From: Nitrosopumilus sp.
GTDB taxonomy: Archaea; Thermoproteota; Nitrososphaeria; Nitrososphaerales; Nitrosopumilaceae
Direction of reading: 5' to 3'
NCBI GenBank assembly: GCA_965238275.1
Contig: OZ250186.1
Location: 640,001 to 704,000, forward strand
DNA length: 64,000 nucleotides
Positions 57,477-64,000 of this stretch are shown in pieces. Position 1 is the first letter of the stretch. Each line of letters opens with the position of its first letter. Made by a program: the position numbers and the translations under genes. The notes under the pieces were generated by a model. That model did not search any database and was not told where the DNA came from. It saw nothing but the letters and a program-made list of their open reading frames with translations.

Positions 57477-58595
57477 TCATCCCGCACTTGCCACTCCCTT
57501 GCATATCATATATACTGCAGCGTACATGGGGACGCTCACCTTCTCATTGGGGTACGGGCCAAACCATCTGTTGCGCAGCTGGAACCGCACCGGGCAGTCT
57601 GCCCGAACCTCCGTCGTATCGTCATCAAGAAGGGACGCTGCAGTGTACGGGTTGAACTCTGCCGGATTCCTGCAGCGGATCTTTACAAGCCCGCTCTTGC
57701 TGTTGATGGAGCCGGGCAGTCTGAAGATCCTGTGGATGTCAGTTGTTACGTTGGGATCTATTCTGACCCCGATCCTGCCTGAGGCGTCTCCAAGAACCCC
57801 CTGGAATGAGGCGGGGCCGCCTGCAAACAGTCCCTTGATGGTCTTGACCCTTGCAGATTTTGAGCCGATTACGGATCTTGCAAATCTCCCGCGCCATCCC
57901 TTCTCATCCATGCCTGGAAAATCCTTCTGGTCAGGCTTGTTCCTCATACCAAACGATCTGGGGATCGCCCCCTTGAACATAATATAGTCTGCAAGCTCTA
58001 CCCGCTCTCTGGATCCTGCCTTCTGAAACTGCGAGCCGTGCACATGGACATGAAACCCCTCGTTTCCAGAAAAATAGATCCGGATACCGCTTCTCTCCAC
58101 ACCAAGATCGTCTGTCAGTACCCGGCACAGTCTGTCAACCTGCCCCCCTGCCCCCCCAATACACTTCCTGCACGGCAGGGACTTTGCCTTCAGCCTCTTG
58201 GAACCGCATGCAGTGCAGTCCTGCCCCTGCCCGGCCCTGCCGCACTCTGTGCATACTGATACCGTGTGCTCCTTCCTGCACGGCAGGCCGAGATCCTTGG
58301 CATCGATGTCAAAGATCAGCTCTGCCTCCTTCCAGATCTTCTCGGGCATGGGCAGGTTGGGAAAGTGGTAGCATGCATTTGAGCAGTAGACGTCCGACGG
58401 CACGTTCTGCAGGAGCAGGAGGCGCAGCTCCCCGTCGTTCCTTACTGATATGTGACGGATCATGCCAGAATCAAACTTCTGGTACCCAAACTCCCTTTCA
58501 GGCGCACGCTCCGGCGTCTCAACCAGTCCTGAGTGCTCAAAGTAGTACCTCTTGAAGGCCCCCTTCAGGATCTCCATGTCTGCCTCGTGCATCAT
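57477..58595 (-). CDS. priS: DNA primase small subunit
   Basis: REFG, ELIFDIDAKD, FSGNEGFHVH, IDPNVTTDIHRIFRLPGS. Confidence 0.95.
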   Translation of the reverse strand: MMHEADMEILKGAFKRYYFEHSGLVETPERAPEREFGYQKFDSGMIRHISVRNDGELRLLLLQNVPSDVYCSNACYHFPNLPMPEKIWKEAELIFDIDAKDLGLPCRKEHTVSVCTECGRAGQGQDCTACGSKRLKAKSLPCRKCIGGAGGQVDRLCRVLTDDLGVERSGIRIYFSGNEGFHVHVHGSQFQKAGSRERVELADYIMFKGAIPRSFGMRNKPDQKDFPGMDEKGWRGRFARSVIGSKSARVKTIKGLFAGGPASFQGVLGDASGRIGVRIDPNVTTDIHRIFRLPGSINSKSGLVKIRCRNPAEFNPYTAASLLDDDTTEVRADCPVRFQLRNRWFGPYPNEKVSVPMYAAVYMICKGVASAG

Positions 58596-60442
58596 CTTCT
58601 CTTACCAAACTGCATGGGGTTGATGATGTTGTCGCACTCGGGTGTGGCAAAGCATAGATCCTGCGTCCTGATCTTGTCACATGACGGACAGGCGTACTGC
58701 GTGCCGCCGCCGCCGCTTCCTGCAAGGTGGTTCAGTTGGTATGTTGTTATCTTCTCGTTGTAGTCCGGGGCGTTCTTGAACAGCGGTGCGATCTGCTTGA
58801 CTGACTGACCCCTTGCCAGCAGGAACGTGGCCAGCATGAAGCGCCCCGAGTGTGGAAGATTCTCCCCCTTCTCCAGCACATCTATTGCATGTTTTATACA
58901 CGGAGGATACTCCCCGGTATCGACTGTGGGAACCACAAACTGCCTTGAGATCTCGACCAACTTCTCCTTGTATCCTTCAAAACCCGGAATCATCTCCGGG
59001 GTCTTGGCCTCTGTAATCTTTGTGGTGATGTGCTGTACCAGCTCGTGCCTGATCAACCTCACTGTTTCATGGGAGGTAATGTGGACTCCGCCGTCCCAGA
59101 CCCGCCTGTTGATAAGCTTCCACTCCCTTTCATGAAAGTGGACCGAATACCGTATGTAGTCTGATACGGGAATTACATAGTAGTTATCCCCTCTTCTGAC
59201 CTGGATTGAGAAGAGCTCGTAGAGTATTCTTGTTGCCAGTCTCTGTCTTGAATCATCCGTGCCGGCCAGATCGCCTTCAAGATACTTTTCTGCGCGTCTT
59301 GCCTCTCCCAGCGCAAACCTCCTGACCATGCTCTGGCTGCCGCACAGCTTTAGCATGATGATTGCCAGAAGGAACGAAAAGACCTCAGTCGGCAGTGCTG
59401 CCTCGTCTGACAGATTCTCTGACCTGTAGACCCCGCCCCCGACGCCGGTCCTGACCCTCTCAAAAGATTTCTTCATTATGTGTGCAAGATCCGGATCTGT
59501 GCCAAACTCCTCAGGCGTGAACTTTTTGTCCCTGAGATATTGTCCGGCATCTGCCAGAAACGGATACTTGGCCATCTCTTTCTCCCCCAATGCATGCATG
59601 CCTGTCTGCGCCACACCACCCGTGCTGTTCTGGGGGCCGATCCCTCTTCTGACAAACCTGATAATCTGGCTGATGGCGCCGTCCCCGTAGTCCTTCATTA
59701 TTCCCTGATTCCTAAACGATTCAGGATCAAGCGCTCCTGCAGAATCCGTCTCCAACCTCTCAAGTAGCCCGTCCCGCAGCCTCTCACACATCTCACGTGT
59801 CGTCTTACCGGAGGCGGCCCGCTTTTGGAGATCTAGGCCTGCCTGGTCAGGTCCGCTGTTGTGAACCAGCATGTGTCGCAAGCATCTTATTGCCTCGGCC
59901 GTCTCTTCATCCAGTATGCGCGCGGTTCTGTCCTCCCCTGCCGCAAGCCATATGTTTGTGATGAAACCGCTAATGTCGTTACCTGCCCTTGCCTTCTTTG
60001 CGTCATCGGCAAACGGGAGCAGGGCTGACAGCTCCCTGCCTGCCCTCATCCTTAACAGCTCCCTGGACAGGCTCTTGCGTCTCTGGTCTTCGGCGCCGTG
60101 CGCAGCATCCTGTGCATGAATCGGCCTGCCTGACGGATCAGCCTTCTGTGTTGTGCCTGCCTGCCTGCACTCCAAGACATCTCCGGTAAGAACAGTCATC
60201 CACTGTGTCCACATCAGGGCCATCTCCGTGGCCTTCTCCTCGGCCCTGCCCATGGTCGTGATGCCATCTGCGCTCCCCAGCATGATCCTAAACCCGGTAA
60301 TGCCGTGCGGCTCCTCTTCGTCCCTGACAAACTCGATAATATCGTCGTCTGCAATGTCATCAGTAATGATCCTCCCAGACAGATCAAATGCAGTCTCCCA
60401 TGTCTCTGGCATCACATCCGCTGTACTGTGGGGTTCTGGCAT
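58592..60442 (-). CDS. priL: DNA primase large subunit (from ATG 59599) with an in-frame 281-aa N-terminal HEPN-like extension
   Basis: KYPFL, PPCI, NLPHSGRF, APDYNEKITTYQ, YACPSC...C; the extension contains LRHMLVH. Confidence 0.88.
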   Translation of the reverse strand: MPEPHSTADVMPETWETAFDLSGRIITDDIADDDIIEFVRDEEEPHGITGFRIMLGSADGITTMGRAEEKATEMALMWTQWMTVLTGDVLECRQAGTTQKADPSGRPIHAQDAAHGAEDQRRKSLSRELLRMRAGRELSALLPFADDAKKARAGNDISGFITNIWLAAGEDRTARILDEETAEAIRCLRHMLVHNSGPDQAGLDLQKRAASGKTTREMCERLRDGLLERLETDSAGALDPESFRNQGIMKDYGDGAISQIIRFVRRGIGPQNSTGGVAQTGMHALGEKEMAKYPFLADAGQYLRDKKFTPEEFGTDPDLAHIMKKSFERVRTGVGGGVYRSENLSDEAALPTEVFSFLLAIIMLKLCGSQSMVRRFALGEARRAEKYLEGDLAGTDDSRQRLATRILYELFSIQVRRGDNYYVIPVSDYIRYSVHFHEREWKLINRRVWDGGVHITSHETVRLIRHELVQHITTKITEAKTPEMIPGFEGYKEKLVEISRQFVVPTVDTGEYPPCIKHAIDVLEKGENLPHSGRFMLATFLLARGQSVKQIAPLFKNAPDYNEKITTYQLNHLAGSGGGGTQYACPSCDKIRTQDLCFATPECDNIINPMQFGKRR

Positions 60443-60578
60443 CTACCCTACATTGGAACTATCATCTAAAAGAAGTATCTCTTCTGAAGGCATGGTTCCG
60501 CACCGGCCAGGCTGAACCTGCTGGATGCAGGCACGTTCTGGACACGGGTTTAAATTATGTTCAAGGCAGCCTGAAGAC

Positions 60579-61418
60579 ATGCAGGTAGGATGCCATGTCT
60601 CAATATCTGGTTCCATTGACATGGCAGTAGACAACGCAGTCCGGAGAGAGTGCTCTGCCTTTCAGATATTTACCCGAAACCCGAGGGGCTGGCACGCAAA
60701 ACCCCTGACGGATCAGGACATTTCCAGATTCAGGTCAAAAATGGAGGCAAGCCGGATAGACAGGTTTGCGACATGCGCGCACATGCCGTACCTGCCAAAT
60801 CTTGCGACCCCCAAGGACGACGGCCTTGCAAGGTCAGTAAAGACCCTGATTGGCGAGGCCGGGCGGTGCGCACAGCTTGGAATACCATACCTTGTGACAC
60901 ACCTTGGAAGCCATCTGGGCACAGGCGAGGAAGCCGGGATGCGGAGGCTGGTAAGCGGCCTGAGCGAGGCCGGACGTACCGACCATGATGTCATGATACT
61001 CCTGGAGAACACCGCAGGCCAGAAGAACTCCGTGGGGTCTGACTTTGAACAGCTCGGGGAGCTCTTCGGACAGCTGAAACCTGCTGAAAGGTTCGGGGTA
61101 TGCCTTGACACGTGCCATGCATTTGTGGCAGGTTATGACCTTCGGACAGAAGAGAACGTAGAGAAGACCTTTGAAGAGTTTGATCGGCATGTGGGGTTGG
61201 AGCATCTGAAGATCATCCACCTGAACGATGCCAAGGGAGAGATGGGATGCAATCTTGACAGGCACTACCATCTGGGCCTGGGAGGCATCGGGGAGGACGG
61301 GATATCTGCCGTGGTACGGCTTGCCAACAGGAGAAAGATCCCGATTATTCTGGAGACGCCCATTGACGATGTCCGGGACGACTTTGCAAACATCAGAAAA
61401 GCAAAGGAGCTTGCGTAG
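60579..61418 (+). CDS. nfo: Endonuclease IV
   Basis: GCHVSISG, HMPYLPNL, LENTAGQ, CLDTCH, HLND, DRH, ILETP. Confidence 0.95.
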   Translation: MQVGCHVSISGSIDMAVDNAVRRECSAFQIFTRNPRGWHAKPLTDQDISRFRSKMEASRIDRFATCAHMPYLPNLATPKDDGLARSVKTLIGEAGRCAQLGIPYLVTHLGSHLGTGEEAGMRRLVSGLSEAGRTDHDVMILLENTAGQKNSVGSDFEQLGELFGQLKPAERFGVCLDTCHAFVAGYDLRTEENVEKTFEEFDRHVGLEHLKIIHLNDAKGEMGCNLDRHYHLGLGGIGEDGISAVVRLANRRKIPIILETPIDDVRDDFANIRKAKELA

Positions 61419-61448
61419 GAATTTATTCAACGGCAGAGCCCCCAAGAC

Positions 61449-62906
61449 ATGAATTACGACGCAGTCATGAAGCTGGCCCTTGAGCGCGGGTTCTACTTTC
61501 CAAGCTGCGAGGTGTACGGGGATGCGCCTGCCGGATTCTGGGAGTATGGCCCTTCCGGCGTCGGCCTGAAGAACAAGTTTCTCGAACTGTGGAGGAGAGA
61601 GCTTGTCAGGAGGGACGGAATGCTTGAGATTGACGGATCCCAGATAATGTCAAGGTCAGTCTTTGAGGCATCAGGACACCTTGGAAACTTTGCCGATCCC
61701 ATAACGCGATGCACCAAGTGCGGCTCCACGTTCAGGGCCGACAAGATGATTGCAGATGCCGCACAGATCGAGATTCCCGAGAGTGCAGACCTTGAGGAGT
61801 TTGACGGGGCTATACTGCAAAACAACATAACGTGCCCAAGATGCAAGGGCGCACTTGCCAAGACAAGAAACTTTAACATGATGTTCGGGGTGGGCATTGG
61901 CCCTGACGCCGAGGAGGCATACCTGAGGCCTGAGACGTGCCAGTCAATCTTTGTTGATTTTCCCAGACTCTACAAGACCATGAGGGGAAGACTGCCGCTG
62001 GGAGTGGCACAGGTGGGAAAGAGTTTCAGAAACGAGATAGCCCCAAGACAGAGCCTGCTCCGTCTTCGGGAGTTCTATCAGGCAGAGATCGAGGTGTTCT
62101 GCAATCCGTCAAGACTGGATGACGTGGACGGATTCGGCCAGGTACAGGACACCGTGCTCCGGATTCAGACTGACTCTGAGCCGGTCTCTATGACATGCCA
62201 GGAGGCAGTAGACTCGGGAATGATTCCAAACAGGCTTGTCGCATACTATCTGGGATTGCTGACTGAGTTCTATGAAAAGACAGGCATTAACATCAAAAGA
62301 AGCAGGTTCAGAAGACTGGGCCCAAAGGAGAAGGCGTTCTATGCAGAGACGGCATTTGACTTTGAGGTGGAGACTGCAACGGGGTGGCTGGAGCTGGTGG
62401 CATGCAACTACAGATCCGACTACGACCTGTCATGCCATGCCAAAAAGAGCAAGGAGAAGTTTGAGGTAATGGATGGCACCGAGAAGGTGCTGCCGCACGT
62501 CTTTGAGATATCCATGGGAATCGACAGAAGCCTGTACACCATACTGGAGCACAGCCTCAACGAGGATGCAGAACACGAAAGGACGGTCCTGTCACTGCGA
62601 CCGTACCTGTCCCCGGTACATGTGGGGGTACTGTCCCTTGTCAAGAAGGACGGGCTAAAAGAGAAGACAGACGAGATCTACCTTCAAATCAAGAGGAGGT
62701 GCGATGCGTTTCTGGATCACTCCGGGGCGATAGGGAGAAGGTACAGGCGCCTTGACGAGGTAGGTTCCCCGTTTGCCATAACCGTCGATCATCAGACCCT
62801 GGAGGATGACACAGTTACAATCAGGGAGAGGGACAGCATGCAGCAGACAAGAATCGGCCTTCAGGAACTTGATGCAGTCATTGCAGACTCCATAGCATAC
62901 CCGTAG
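61449..62906 (+). CDS. glyS: Glycine--tRNA ligase (archaeal/eukaryotic type)
   Basis: SGHLGNFAD, YLRPETCQ, GKSFRNEIAPR, REFYQAE, IGRRYRR. Confidence 0.95.
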   Translation: MNYDAVMKLALERGFYFPSCEVYGDAPAGFWEYGPSGVGLKNKFLELWRRELVRRDGMLEIDGSQIMSRSVFEASGHLGNFADPITRCTKCGSTFRADKMIADAAQIEIPESADLEEFDGAILQNNITCPRCKGALAKTRNFNMMFGVGIGPDAEEAYLRPETCQSIFVDFPRLYKTMRGRLPLGVAQVGKSFRNEIAPRQSLLRLREFYQAEIEVFCNPSRLDDVDGFGQVQDTVLRIQTDSEPVSMTCQEAVDSGMIPNRLVAYYLGLLTEFYEKTGINIKRSRFRRLGPKEKAFYAETAFDFEVETATGWLELVACNYRSDYDLSCHAKKSKEKFEVMDGTEKVLPHVFEISMGIDRSLYTILEHSLNEDAEHERTVLSLRPYLSPVHVGVLSLVKKDGLKEKTDEIYLQIKRRCDAFLDHSGAIGRRYRRLDEVGSPFAITVDHQTLEDDTVTIRERDSMQQTRIGLQELDAVIADSIAYP

Positions 62907-62969
62907 CCGTACGTGCTGGAACCGTCCATCTTCATGGAATGCACCTCATGTGAGAATGCATGGTCCGGC

Positions 62970-64000
62970 TCAGGCCACCTTCTGATACGCCTCAGATTCC
63001 CCATAACCGACATCCTTGATCTGGCTCTTTCCTGCAGGAAGCGCGCGCACAAAGTCGTCAATGCTGATACCCCTTGTAATGTCCTCTTCCAGTCTGGTAA
63101 ACTCGATCCTGATCCTCTTTGCAGCCTCGGCCATCTCTTGACCGTGCGGCTCGATTATTGCATAGCAGACTGAATACCTCTTGATTGGTTCTGTCGGACC
63201 GCACGCCAGGGCGTGACCGTCCCCCTGTGGGATTATCCCGACTGCCAGCTTGAGGGTCTGCGGCTTGATAAAGTTCCTCTGTCCCTCGATGGTAAAGGAT
63301 CCCCTTGGCAGAAACTGTCCGGTGGGTGCCGACTTCTTTACCTGGTGCGGCATCACCCAGTATGCGCTCATCCCGTACATGCCCTCCCTCCAGGCCCTGC
63401 TGAAGCAGACTGTTGCATGTGCGACCTCGTTCATGCTGTCTGCCGGGGTGCCTGCTGCATCCTTTAGTATGAAGAACGGGGATCCGTTTACCTCTGCATG
63501 AAATATCCTGTCATTGTTCTGCATCTGTTTTCTTACCACCGCAGAGTTTGAGGCAACATCCCTTCCGCCCACTGCAAGCAGTCCGTCTGATGTGGGAAAC
63601 CACCTGTAACGCTCATACCAGCTCTTTCTCCTGATCTCCGAGGCCGTGACTGCACCCTTTTCTGATTCGCTTCTGTTCTGGAGATTGTCGATCTTCTGTC
63701 TTGTCTTGACCATGATCCTCTCGATTGACGGAACGGCTCTTGACTGGTGCTTTGCCTCGTCAAACAGGACGGATGCAATCGAGTGCAGCGGTGATTCGGG
63801 GTTTATCATGATCTTCTGGTCTGCAACTACCACCTGTGGGATCCCCTTCTCGCTTCCAAGCTCTGCATCATTCCCGGACAGGATCTGCCGGGCCCTGTCA
63901 TCCCGGATTGTGGTGATCCCCTGCGAGATCATTCCGAGCATGGAGTTTGCCACCGCCGTTATCGTCTTGGATCTCTCCTTTACGGTGTCGACTGCCTTCT
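62970..64000 (-). CDS. rqc2: Rqc2/NEMF (NFACT) ribosome quality-control protein, C-terminal part
   Basis: WYERYRWF, VGGRD, FHAEVNGSP, GSFTIEG; start lies beyond the window. Confidence 0.9.
   Translation of the reverse strand, partial: KAVDTVKERSKTITAVANSMLGMISQGITTIRDDRARQILSGNDAELGSEKGIPQVVVADQKIMINPESPLHSIASVLFDEAKHQSRAVPSIERIMVKTRQKIDNLQNRSESEKGAVTASEIRRKSWYERYRWFPTSDGLLAVGGRDVASNSAVVRKQMQNNDRIFHAEVNGSPFFILKDAAGTPADSMNEVAHATVCFSRAWREGMYGMSAYWVMPHQVKKSAPTGQFLPRGSFTIEGQRNFIKPQTLKLAVGIIPQGDGHALACGPTEPIKRYSVCYAIIEPHGQEMAEAAKRIRIEFTRLEEDITRGISIDDFVRALPAGKSQIKDVGYGESEAYQKVA

Noticed and set aside
1-64000. Numerous 100-300 aa antisense or alternate-frame ORFs (e.g. 4235-5182, 21347-22150, 31516-32400, 43638-44474)
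   Set aside because: Shadow ORFs of well-supported genes in GC-rich coding DNA; no motifs.

Overview
Chromosomal window from an ammonia-oxidising archaeon. Gene content points to Thaumarchaeota/Nitrosopumilaceae; the high GC and heavy IS load suggest a host-associated lineage such as a sponge symbiont (inference). Core genes: cysQ, two CdvB/ESCRT-III paralogues, queE-folE-queC, thrB, cysH-sat, aconitase X pair, nth, the anaerobic cobalamin cluster (cbiF, L, D, G, X, C, A, cobO), aIF2 alpha/gamma, nop10, aglB, rps6e, tRNA-Gly(CCC), priS/priL, nfo, glyS and rqc2. Mobile DNA resolved to the base: one IS66, one IS5, four IS481 copies (nested and tandem around rps6e), two identical 90-bp MITEs and an IS5 remnant fused to pyrE. 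The strongest novelty appears once the nested IS66 and MITE are removed. What remains is a 1.5-kb element carrying only tnpB but bounded by IS630/Tc1-mariner-like 25-bp terminal inverted repeats, with a TA duplication in a CTAG target that supplies the tnpB stop codon, i.e. a Fanzor1-like architecture in an archaeon. Other candidates are a stand-alone ~120-nt structured RNA, a HEPN-like (RxxxxH) domain fused in frame to PriL, a palindromic box shared by both cdvB promoters, an AT-rich cassette bounded by 41-bp palindromic repeats, and a glutamate-racemase homologue with both catalytic Cys replaced by Ser. No database searches were run; family calls come from motif recognition.
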